From an uncultured cyanobacterium (lineage in GTDB: Bacteria > Cyanobacteriota > Cyanobacteriia > Phormidesmidales > Phormidesmidaceae): a stretch of DNA of 64,000 nt. Position numbers and translations under genes: made by a program. The first letter of the stretch is position 1. Every line of letters starts with the position of its first letter. The stretch is taken from assembly GCA_963793265.1 (NCBI GenBank), contig CAWBZI010000001.1, forward strand, positions 352,001-416,000. The letters run 5' to 3'. The notes beneath the pieces were generated by a model, which was not told where the DNA came from, searched no databases, and was given only the letters and a program-made list of their open reading frames with translations. This document shows positions 20,216 to 30,168 of the stretch, piece after piece.

Positions 20216-20478
20216 TGAGTACTCGCTAACAGCGCTCTATTGAACGGAGTAAATAGCCCATAACCCTCTCTGTGAGGGCAATTCAGTTGAGTACAGCAAT
20301 TATCGGACGGGGCCGTCAAAATGCTAGCGCTGATGGCATGAAATACTCGTACCCCGATCTCAAAGAAATATTTTTGCCTGAGTTTTCAAGGGTTACCGCT
20401 GCTGAGTACAGGGTTAATCATTCAATAAATCCTACCGGGCTAGCGTTTTGAACTCGTTTTTGGCCCCTTGCTATAACT
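20216..20478 (+). promoter_or_regulatory. nifB promoter: TGAGTAC array and extended -10 (CnfR-type)
   Basis: TGAGTACT 20216, TGAGTACA 20288 and 20403, inverted ATACTCG 20343, TTGCTATAACT 20468. Confidence 0.75.
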
Positions 20479-20996
20479 TTTTCATCGACGAACACCTAAG
20501 ACTTAAAGCCTTGAGACTTCAAGTTATTGAGCCAATCGGTGAAGTCAACCAAAAGCGCAACGTCAACCTTAGCTCAGTTAGAGCGTTTTCATCTTCTCGA
20601 CGCTTTGCCTTTTGTTTTCAACGATTGACCGATGCTAGTAGGTTCATGCGAGTCTAGTTCGATTTCAAGCGTACTCATCCTTGCCGGACTGCCCTGCCCG
20701 TTCTCTTTCTCTTGTATGGCAAATAAGCTAAGCAATGACGTTAGAGAAACCAAGCGCACCGCCGACCCTTGCGCTATCGAAACCGTTCCAAGACTCATTA
20801 GTTTTAGGCTGCTGCGCGATATCTCCTTAGTTCTTGCAACTCCCAAACGGTGTTGTATTACTAAATCCCTGGTAGTGCAACACCGCTTTCTCTCTTTTTG
20901 ACTTTTCGTTTCCACGCTCTCTTTTATCAAGCTTTCCCAAACGCCCTATAAGTTTCTCCTTTCTCTAGCCTTCAAAATCCTTTACCCCTTAAAACA

Positions 20997-22457
20997 ATGA
21001 CGCCTCCGCCAAACACCACCCTTACTGCTGCGCCTAAGACGACGCCCAACAAAAAGTCTGGCGGCTGCGGCTGTAGCTCTAAAAACGAAACTGCAGTTAG
21101 TGATACGCTCAAAGCTCGCATCGAAAACCATCCCTGCTACAGCGAGTCAGCACATCACCACTATGCTCGGATGCACGTTGCGGTGGCTCCGGCCTGCAAC
21201 ATTCAGTGCAACTTCTGCAATCGCAAATACGACTGCGCCAACGAAAGTCGCCCAGGCGTTGTCAGCGAACTGCTTACGCCCGAAGAAGCCGCTCATAAGG
21301 CTCTGGTAGTCGCGGGCAAGATTCCTCAAATGTCTGTTCTAGGCATCGCTGGCCCTGGCGACCCACTCGCAAACCCCGAGAAGACTTTTCGCACCTTTGA
21401 GCTGGTTGCCGAACAGGCCCCAGATATCAAGCTGTGCCTGTCTACGAATGGCCTAATGCTGCCCGACTATGTTGATCGCATTAAAGCGCTCAATGTCGAT
21501 CACGTCACTATCACCATTAATATGGTCGATCCGGCAATTGGCGAAAAAATCTACCCTTGGGTTCACTATCGCCGCAAGCGCTATCGCGGTATCGAAGGCG
21601 TCAAGATACTGCATCAGCGGCAGATGGAAGGTCTAGAGGCGCTGAGAGATGCCGATATCTTGTGCAAAGTGAATTCGGTACTGATTCCCGGCATTAATGA
21701 CGAACATATGCCAGAAGTGAATAAGGCAGTTCGAGAACGCGGCGCATTTTTGCACAATATTATGCCGCTAATTTCTAAGCCTGAGCACGGCACCTACTTT
21801 GGTCTAAACGGACAGCGTGGCCCGACGCCGAAAGAGCTTAAAACGGTTCAAGACGCCTGCGCTGGCAACATGAAGATTATGCGCCACTGCCGTCAGTGCC
21901 GGGCAGATGCGGTGGGCCTGTTGGGTGAAGATCGCAGCCAGGAATTCACCAAAGAGAAGTTTATGGCCATGCCAGTGGGCTACAACGCCGAAAAGCGCGA
22001 AGCCGTTCGCGAAGATATTAAACAGACTGAAGCGGCGATCGCCCAAAAGAAAGCAGCCCTCACCCAAAAAGTGGCGGCTAACCAAGCTGCTCAGACATCC
22101 GCTAGCTCTCCTAAAGTTTTAGTTGCTGTAGCTACAAAGGGTGGCGGCTTAGTCAATCAGCACTTCGGCCATGCCAAAGAGTTCATGATTTACGAAGTAG
22201 ACGCGGCTGAAGCGAAGTTTGTTGGCCATCGCAAAGTTGCCGACTACTGTCAGGGCGGCTATGGAGAAGAGGCTACGCTGACCGGCATTATCGAAACCAT
22301 TGCCGACTGCAAGGCCATTCTCGCATCTAAGGTAGGCCCTTGTCCTGCCAAGGCGCTGCAAAAAGCAGGGCTGTTTGTGGTAGAGGCTTACGACGTGATT
22401 GAAGCCGTCGCCCGAGCGTTCTATGACGAGCACGTTCTGGAGACCGTCTACGTGTAG
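20997..22457 (+). CDS. nifB: FeMo-co biosynthesis radical SAM protein NifB
   Basis: [30 protein letters not shown] and C-terminal NifX-like domain. Confidence 0.98.
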   Translation: MTPPPNTTLTAAPKTTPNKKSGGCGCSSKNETAVSDTLKARIENHPCYSESAHHHYARMHVAVAPACNIQCNFCNRKYDCANESRPGVVSELLTPEEAAHKALVVAGKIPQMSVLGIAGPGDPLANPEKTFRTFELVAEQAPDIKLCLSTNGLMLPDYVDRIKALNVDHVTITINMVDPAIGEKIYPWVHYRRKRYRGIEGVKILHQRQMEGLEALRDADILCKVNSVLIPGINDEHMPEVNKAVRERGAFLHNIMPLISKPEHGTYFGLNGQRGPTPKELKTVQDACAGNMKIMRHCRQCRADAVGLLGEDRSQEFTKEKFMAMPVGYNAEKREAVREDIKQTEAAIAQKKAALTQKVAANQAAQTSASSPKVLVAVATKGGGLVNQHFGHAKEFMIYEVDAAEAKFVGHRKVADYCQGGYGEEATLTGIIETIADCKAILASKVGPCPAKALQKAGLFVVEAYDVIEAVARAFYDEHVLETVYV

Positions 22458-22501
22458 AAGCGACTCTATTTCCTCACTCTATATTCAGGGAGACTCAGGC
22501 C

Positions 22502-22909
22502 ATGACCTACGCTATCACCGAAAAATGCATCAGCTGTCAACGCTGCTTACCCGCTTGTCCAACCAACGCAATTGAGCGTGACGGTGACACCTTTCGGATA
22601 AACGCTGACTTATGCAACAACTGCCAGGGTGCTCACAGCGTTCCTCAGTGTTGGGCGGCCTGTCCCACCGATGGAGGCTGCGTGTCTCTATCTAATGCGG
22701 GTAGCTCGTTTACGCTAGGCAAAGCCCTAGAAAATACAACAGATTACTGGAAAGCCTGGCTAGCTGCCTACTCTCAAAGAGTTTCTCAACTGAGAAGCTC
22801 AGCCCAAGCCGACTACTGGCACGACTGGTTCGACAGCTATTCTCAAACGCTGCAACAGCTACAGGATAAAGCTCAAGAAGAGTCTAAAACGCTCCCGCTA
22901 GTCCCCTAA
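22502..22909 (+). CDS. fdxN: 4Fe-4S ferredoxin FdxN
   Basis: CISCQRCLPACP..CNNC..C...CP; lies between nifB and nifS. Confidence 0.9.
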   Translation: MTYAITEKCISCQRCLPACPTNAIERDGDTFRINADLCNNCQGAHSVPQCWAACPTDGGCVSLSNAGSSFTLGKALENTTDYWKAWLAAYSQRVSQLRSSAQADYWHDWFDSYSQTLQQLQDKAQEESKTLPLVP

Positions 22910-22952
22910 CTGCTTACTGTTCACTCTCTTCTCATTCCCTCGGAGACCCAAA

Positions 22953-24173
22953 ATGGTTACTTATTTAGACAACAACGCCACCACCCAAATAGACCCTGTT
23001 GTTTTAGAGGCTATGTTGCCCTATTTGAGTAACCTCTACGGCAACCCGTCTTCTATGCATAGCTTTGGCGGTCAGGTGGGCGCAGCCGTTCAAAATGCTA
23101 GGGCTCAAGTGGCTGAACTCTTAGGTGCAGAAAATACCGAGATTATCTTCAATAGCTGCGGCAGCGAAGGTAACAACACCGCGATTCATGCCGCCCTTGC
23201 CGCCCAGCCTGACAAGCGTCACATCGTTACCACAGCGGTGGAACATCCTGCCATTCTCAATGTGTGCAAGCATCTAGAGAAAAAAGGCTACACGGTGACG
23301 TATCTGTCGGTTGATGGCCGCGGACAGCTCGATCTGATGGAGGTCGAGGCAGCGGTCACGGGGGGCACCGCGTTAGTCACGACGATGTATGCCAACAATG
23401 AAACCGGGGTGATTTTTCCGGTAGAAGAGATTGGCGCGATCGCCAAAGAATGCGGCGCAACGTTCCATGTTGATGCGGTACAAGCGGTCGGCAAAATCCC
23501 CATTAACCTCAAAGACAGCACCATCGATTTACTCACGCTATCTGGTCACAAGCTTCATGCTCCCAAGGGCGTTGGCGCGCTGTATGCTCGTCGCGGCTTT
23601 CGCTTTCGCCCGTTTTTGCTAGGCGGGCACCAGGAGCGCGGCAGACGCGCAGGGACTTCTAATGTCGCTAGCATTGTCGCGCTTGGTAAGGCTGCCGAAA
23701 TTGCCGGACAACAGTTGCAGGCGATCACCCAACTAGGCAACCCCCTCGCCAGCAACCCAGAAGCGCAGCTACGAAACCAGCTAGAGCAACAGCTTTTAGC
23801 CCTCATCCCGGACTGCGAAGTGAACGGCGGCGGCACGACTCGACTGCCCAATACGACCAACATCGGCTTCAAATATATCGAAGGCGAGGCCATCTTATTC
23901 ATGCTCGACAAGCACGGCATCTGCGCCTCCTCTGGCTCTGCCTGCACGTCAGGATCGCTCGATCCTTCACACGTGCTCACCGCCATGGGCCTGCCTTATA
24001 CCATTCTCCACGGCTCCATTCGCTTTAGCCTCTCTCGTTTTACCACCGAGGCCGATATTCAGCAGGTCATTGACGTTATGCCGACGATTGTTGAAAAACT
24101 GCGGGCCATGTCTCCTTTCAACAACGACCAGTCCGACTGGCTCCAAAGCCGGGATTTGGTTCACACGACCTAA
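22953..24173 (+). CDS. nifS: Cysteine desulfurase NifS
   Basis: [22 protein letters not shown]. Confidence 0.97.
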   Translation: MVTYLDNNATTQIDPVVLEAMLPYLSNLYGNPSSMHSFGGQVGAAVQNARAQVAELLGAENTEIIFNSCGSEGNNTAIHAALAAQPDKRHIVTTAVEHPAILNVCKHLEKKGYTVTYLSVDGRGQLDLMEVEAAVTGGTALVTTMYANNETGVIFPVEEIGAIAKECGATFHVDAVQAVGKIPINLKDSTIDLLTLSGHKLHAPKGVGALYARRGFRFRPFLLGGHQERGRRAGTSNVASIVALGKAAEIAGQQLQAITQLGNPLASNPEAQLRNQLEQQLLALIPDCEVNGGGTTRLPNTTNIGFKYIEGEAILFMLDKHGICASSGSACTSGSLDPSHVLTAMGLPYTILHGSIRFSLSRFTTEADIQQVIDVMPTIVEKLRAMSPFNNDQSDWLQSRDLVHTT

Positions 24174-24222
24174 GCTTTCTTCTTGCCTCTTTCTCCATTC
24201 TTCATTCACCCTTGTAACTGCC

Positions 24223-25101
24223 ATGTGGGACTATTCTGAAAAAGTACTCGACCTCTTTTATAACCCTGTCAATCAGGGCGCGATCGCAGACCCGAATGAA
24301 CCCGACGTGGCGGTGGTCTACGGTGAAGTGGGCAGCATTGCCTGCGGTGATGCCCTACGGCTCCATCTCAAAATTCAAGAATCGACTGAAACCATTCAAG
24401 ATGCTAGCTTTCAAACCTTTGGCTGCACCAGTGCGATCGCCTCTTCCTCAGCGTTAACTGAAATCATCAAGCAAAAGACGCTAGACGAAGCTCTAAACAT
24501 CAGCAACCATGATATTGCTGACTACTTATGTGGCTTGCCCGAAGCCAAAATGCACTGCTCGGTGATGGGGTAAGAAGCGCTAGAAGCAGCCATTTATAAG
24601 TATCGCGGCATAGAAATAGAACAGCATGACGACGACGATGGCACGCTGATTTGTTCCTGTTACGGCATTTCTGAGCCACGCATTCGCAGGGTGATTATTG
24701 AGAACGATCTCACATCAGTAGAGCAAGTTACCAACTATGTGAAAGCTGGTGGCGGCTGCGGTTCTTGTTTAGCGGGTATTGAAGATTTGCTCTTAGACGT
24801 GCAACAAGAAAAAGCGGCTCTCACAGAGAGAGTCGCCGCAGAAGTAGCTTCAACGTCAACACCGTTAACCCCTATTCAGAAGATTAATCTGATTCAACAG
24901 GTTTTGACCGAAGATGTGCGACCGATTTTACTGGCCGATGGCGGCGATATTGAACTCTATGACGTGAGCGGTGATGTGGTGACCGTATCGCTCAAAGGAG
25001 CCTGTGGCGGCTGCGCTAGTAGCCACGACACGCTGAAAAATTCGATAGAGACTCAGTTGCGATCGCGTATCTCTCCCACCCTCACCGTTGTAGAAGCCTA
25101 A
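24223..25101 (+). pseudogene. nifU: NifU with in-frame TAA at 24571-24573 (pseudogene or sequencing error)
   Basis: MWDYSEKV...[15 protein letters not shown]...ICSCYG...GGGCGSC...GACGGC, all in one frame. Confidence 0.93.
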
Positions 25102-25251
25102 ACGTAGAAGCCTAAACCCATTATCGAGGTATCAGCCCATGGACTTTCTCCATCCCACACCCACCGTTGAACGTTCTCCTCCGAACTCAAGAGAACTGTT
25201 CAATCCACCGTTTAATCCATTACTTTCGCTACCCACTTAGGAGCCTTTTAA

Positions 25252-26133
<882 letters not shown>

Positions 26134-26189
26134 AGCGGCTCTCTCTATCAGCTTTTAGGTCAGTTTTCTTAGCTGCTTTGCTGATTCGG

Positions 26190-26232
26190 ATTGAGATGTA
26201 GCAAACCTACCTTAGTTCTGTTGCATCTCAAT
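26190..26232 (+). terminator. Intercistronic stem-loop nifH-nifD
   Basis: ATTGAGATGTAGCA...TGTTGCATCTCAAT. Confidence 0.55.
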
Positions 26233-26276
26233 TCCACCCATATTTCACTATTCCCTACACTTATTGAGAGGGCATT

Positions 26277-27731
26277 ATGACTACTGTAGAAGACAGAAAA
26301 GACCTCATTAATGAGGTACTAGACGCGTATCCGGCGAAAGGTAAAAAAAGACGCTCCAAGCACCTTGGTGTTAAAGAAGCAGAAGCTTCTGACTGCGGCG
26401 TTAAGTCTAATAAAAAGTCCGTTCCCGGTGTGATGACGACTCGTGGCTGTGCCTATGCTGGCGCGAAAGGGGTAGTTTGGGGGCCGGTGAAAGACATGAT
26501 TCACATCAGCCATGGCCCGGTGGGCTGCGGCTACTATTCCTGGTCAGGGCGGCGTAACTATTACGTGGGTACAACGGGTGTAGATACCTTTGGTACTATG
26601 CAGTTTACCTCTGACTTTCAAGAGCGAGACATTGTTTTTGGTGGAGACAAAAAGCTCGCTAAGCTGATTGATGAGCTTGAAGAACTCTTTCCGCTGAGCC
26701 AAGGCACGACGATTGAATCGGAATGTCCAGTCGGCTTAATTGGAGACGATATTGAAGCCGTCGCTAGAGCGAAGGCTAAAGACACTGGCAAGCCAGTTGT
26801 GCCGGTTCGCTGTGAAGGTTTCCGAGGCGTGTCACAGTCGCTAGGTCACCATATTGCAAACGACACCGTGCGCGACTGGGTGCTGCCCAAAGCTGACGAA
26901 TATCGCAAGCTGCCAGAAGGCTTTGAGCCAGGGCCTTACGATGTCAACATTGTGGGTGACTACAACATTGGTGGTGACGCCTGGCCTAGCCGCAAGCTCA
27001 TGGAAGATATGGGCCTAAGAGTAATCTCTCAGTTCTCTGGAGACGGCTCGTTTAACGAGGTCGTGATGGCTCCTCTAGCCAAACTCAACCTCATTCACTG
27101 CTATCGCTCCATGAATTACATCTGTCGTTTTATGGAAGAGAAGTATGGTATTGGCTGGCTAGAGTACAACTTCTTTGGCCCCTCGCAGATTGCCAAGTCA
27201 CTGCGCAAAATTGCAGCGCAGTTTGACGAGACGATTCAAGCTCAAGCAGAAGAAGTGATTGCAGCTAACCAGGCTCGCATGGACAGCGTTATTGCCAAGT
27301 ATCGTCCTCGCCTAGAGGGCAAAACGGTGATGATGATGGTCGGTGGTTTGCGCCCTCGTCACGTTATCCCAGCCTTTACAGATTTGGGGATGAAAGTGAT
27401 TGGCACAGGCTACGAGTTTGGCCATGCAGATGACTATAAGCGAACGGCTGACTACGTTGAAGAAGGCACGCTAATCTATGACGACGTGAGTGGCTTTGAA
27501 TTTGAAGAGTTTGCTAAAAAGCTGAACCCTGACCTGATTGCGGCTGGCATTAAAGAGAAGTACGTCTTCCAAAAGATGGCACTGCCCTTCCGACAGATGC
27601 ACTCTTGGGATTATTCCGGCCCTTACCACGGCTACGAAGGCTTTGAAGTCTTTGCCCGCGATATGGACTTGGCTATCAACAATCCCACCTGGTCGTTGAT
27701 TAAGACGCCTTGGGAAACAGAAGCCGCTTGA
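26277..27731 (+). CDS. nifD: Nitrogenase MoFe protein alpha chain
   Basis: [28 protein letters not shown]. Confidence 0.99.
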   Translation: MTTVEDRKDLINEVLDAYPAKGKKRRSKHLGVKEAEASDCGVKSNKKSVPGVMTTRGCAYAGAKGVVWGPVKDMIHISHGPVGCGYYSWSGRRNYYVGTTGVDTFGTMQFTSDFQERDIVFGGDKKLAKLIDELEELFPLSQGTTIESECPVGLIGDDIEAVARAKAKDTGKPVVPVRCEGFRGVSQSLGHHIANDTVRDWVLPKADEYRKLPEGFEPGPYDVNIVGDYNIGGDAWPSRKLMEDMGLRVISQFSGDGSFNEVVMAPLAKLNLIHCYRSMNYICRFMEEKYGIGWLEYNFFGPSQIAKSLRKIAAQFDETIQAQAEEVIAANQARMDSVIAKYRPRLEGKTVMMMVGGLRPRHVIPAFTDLGMKVIGTGYEFGHADDYKRTADYVEEGTLIYDDVSGFEFEEFAKKLNPDLIAAGIKEKYVFQKMALPFRQMHSWDYSGPYHGYEGFEVFARDMDLAINNPTWSLIKTPWETEAA

Positions 27732-27741
27732 AATCCGCAAA

Positions 27742-27771
27742 CAATATAGGGGAGTCTTTGACTCCCTATTG
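27742..27771 (+). terminator. Intercistronic stem-loop nifD-nifK
   Basis: GGGAGTC-TTT-GACTCCC core. Confidence 0.5.
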
Positions 27772-27851
27772 CATCCGCACGCTGCTACACCTGGGGGCTG
27801 AGCGTAGTCAAAGCCCTCTATCCAGAATTTTCTCTCAAAAAGGAGAGCATC

Positions 27852-29459
27852 ATGACTGACAACCTTGACAATACTCAAAACACGCCCCCCGCCTCAGCTC
27901 CAGAAAATAACGGAACCAATTCCCCGGCAACTGAGCCCGGAAAAATTCAAGACCATTTTGATCTCTTCGTTAATGACGAATACCAAGCGCTGTTTGCTGA
28001 TAAGCGGCAGTACGAAGGGGCACACTCTCACGAGAAAGTGGCTGAAGTCGCTGAATGGACAAAATCTTGGGAGTATCGCGAGAAGAACTTTGAGCGTACT
28101 TCACTCACTGTCAATCCGGCGAAAGCCTGCCAGCCTTTGGGCGCTTTATTTGTTGCTTCTGGCTTTGAAGGTACGCTGCCCTATAGCCATGGTTCCCAGG
28201 GCTGCGTCGCTTATTTTCGCACCCACCTCACTCGCAACTACAAAGAGCCTTTTCAAGCGGTTTCTTCTTCGATGACGGAAGATGCAGCCGTATTTGGTGG
28301 CCTAGCGAATATGAAACTGGGCCTAGAGAATGCCTACGAGCTGTACAAGCCTAAAATGATTGCTCTGTGCACTACCTGCATGGCAGAAGTCATTGGGGAT
28401 GACCTCGGTGCATTTGTGACAACGACTAAGCAAGAAGGTCATATCCCAACAGAGTTGCCGGTGCCCTTCGCTCATACACCTAGCTTTGTCGGCTCTCACA
28501 TCACCGGATACGACAACATGCTGAAGAGCATTTTGACCAATCTGACTAAAGATAAAAAAGCTGAAACGACCAACGGCAAGTTTAACTTTAACCTGGGCTT
28601 CGATCCATACATTGGCAACATCCGCGAGCTGAAGCGAATTTTGGGACTCTTTGGCATCGACTACACCATTCTCTCAGATAACTCGGATACGTTTGATTCT
28701 CCTAATACCGGTGAATTCAAAATGTACAACGGGTTGACCACACTGGAGGATGCTGCCGATTCAATTAACGCTGAAGGGACGTTCTTCTTCCAGAAGTACA
28801 CAACGCCTAAAACGCAGGAAACCATCTCAAAAGATTGGGAGCAAAAGACATACAACTTCCGTCCCTTTGGCATCAAAGGAACAGACGAGTTCTTGATGAA
28901 TCTTTCTGCTGTTACGGGCAAGCCCATTCCGCAAGAACTTCAGCAAGAACGCGGTCGCGCGGTTGACGCCCTGACAGATTCACAAGCTTGGATTCATGGC
29001 AAACGAGTTGCGCTCTACGGCGATCCTGACCACGTATTTAGTGTCACTCAGTTCTTGCTGGAGATGGGCGCTGAGCCAGTGCATATCGTGGTTTCAAACT
29101 CTAACGTAGACTTTGAAGCCGAACTGCGAGAAGTGCTAACCAACAGCCCCTACGGACAAGATGCCACTATCTGGGGCAAGAAGGATTTGTGGCACTTGCG
29201 ATCGCTCATGTTCACCGAGCCTGTAGACCTACTCATCGGTAACTCCTACGGCAAGTATCTATGGCGCGATACCGGCACACCGCTCGTCCGCATTGGCTAC
29301 CCAATCTTCGACCGGCACCACATGCACCGCTACGCCACCCTCGGCTACCAGGGCGCGATCAACCAGTTCAACTGGGCCGTGAACACGATTCTCGACGAGC
29401 TAGATCGCCAGACTATCGTTCCTGCGAAGACGGACATCTCCTTTGACCTGATTCGCTAA
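27852..29459 (+). CDS. nifK: Nitrogenase MoFe protein beta chain
   Basis: NPAKACQPLG, HGSQGC, TTCMAEVIGDD, C-terminal FDLIR. Confidence 0.99.
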   Translation: MTDNLDNTQNTPPASAPENNGTNSPATEPGKIQDHFDLFVNDEYQALFADKRQYEGAHSHEKVAEVAEWTKSWEYREKNFERTSLTVNPAKACQPLGALFVASGFEGTLPYSHGSQGCVAYFRTHLTRNYKEPFQAVSSSMTEDAAVFGGLANMKLGLENAYELYKPKMIALCTTCMAEVIGDDLGAFVTTTKQEGHIPTELPVPFAHTPSFVGSHITGYDNMLKSILTNLTKDKKAETTNGKFNFNLGFDPYIGNIRELKRILGLFGIDYTILSDNSDTFDSPNTGEFKMYNGLTTLEDAADSINAEGTFFFQKYTTPKTQETISKDWEQKTYNFRPFGIKGTDEFLMNLSAVTGKPIPQELQQERGRAVDALTDSQAWIHGKRVALYGDPDHVFSVTQFLLEMGAEPVHIVVSNSNVDFEAELREVLTNSPYGQDATIWGKKDLWHLRSLMFTEPVDLLIGNSYGKYLWRDTGTPLVRIGYPIFDRHHMHRYATLGYQGAINQFNWAVNTILDELDRQTIVPAKTDISFDLIR

Positions 29460-29469
29460 ACCGAAAAGA

Positions 29470-29514
29470 GATAGGGATGGGGAATAGGAAACTGTCTCAT
29501 TCCCCATCCCTATC
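29470..29514 (+). terminator. Perfect 16-bp stem-loop after nifK
   Basis: GATAGGGATGGGGAAT...ATTCCCCATCCCTATC. Confidence 0.7.
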
Positions 29515-29549
29515 CCCTACTTCCTTATTCCCCTCGCCCTCCTCTCCCC

Positions 29550-29843
29550 ATGCGTCTTAGTGAAGAAATTGAAATCGACTCCGCGCCTATCTTTGACTTA
29601 GGCAACCGCGTGAAAGTTCTCAAAAAGATCCGCAACGATGGTACCTTCCCTGGTAAAGACAAGGGCGCACTGCTCGCTGAACCCGGTGATATTGGCTTTA
29701 TTGTCAGCATTGGCACCTACTTACAAAGAGCATACATCTATTCTGTTCACTTCCTCGAATCCAATAAAGTTGTCGGCTGCTTGAGTCGAGAACTAGAACT
29801 CGCCGAAGATCGTCCGCCCCTAATCGGACAAGCCGATTATTGA
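29550..29843 (+). CDS. nifZ: NifZ
   Basis: IRNDGTFPG...GDIGFIVSIGTYLQ...VVGC...EL. Confidence 0.93.
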   Translation: MRLSEEIEIDSAPIFDLGNRVKVLKKIRNDGTFPGKDKGALLAEPGDIGFIVSIGTYLQRAYIYSVHFLESNKVVGCLSRELELAEDRPPLIGQADY

Positions 29844-29887
29844 ACGGCGCTTTTCTCTCTTTTCTCCTCACCTGTAGAGTTAGTCTC

Positions 29888-30166
29888 ATGAGCTTTCTAC
29901 CTTTATCCTTCAAATCATTCTCTCTATCGCTCCAGCCGCTATCTTCTGTGCGAGCGTGGCTAAATACTATCGAAGTTCGCAACGTTCGCACTGCCCAATG
30001 GATTTGTCGGCTGATTCCTAACACCTGTTCTCCCGGCTATGACCTGGCTCTGTTCGGTCGCACCTGGCTGCACTTACCCTCGCCTTGCGAGATAAATCCG
30101 CTTGCCGATGAACTGGTCGATCTTCGCTTTCGGGCGGCTGACTTTTTATACGAACAAGGTACGTAG
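29888..30166 (+). CDS. Mo-dependent nitrogenase C-terminal domain-like small protein
   Basis: WLNTIEV..ICRLIPNTC...CEINPL..LVDLRFRA. Confidence 0.8.
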   Translation: MSFLPLSFKSFSLSLQPLSSVRAWLNTIEVRNVRTAQWICRLIPNTCSPGYDLALFGRTWLHLPSPCEINPLADELVDLRFRAADFLYEQGT

Positions 30167-30168
30167 CC

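Noticed and set aside
24070..24222. N-terminal extension of NifU from the ORF track
   Set aside because: Overlaps nifS; the conserved start MWDY is at 24223.
24571..24573. Programmed recoding of the nifU stop
   Set aside because: TAA is not a Sec or Pyl codon; a point change from CAA is simpler.
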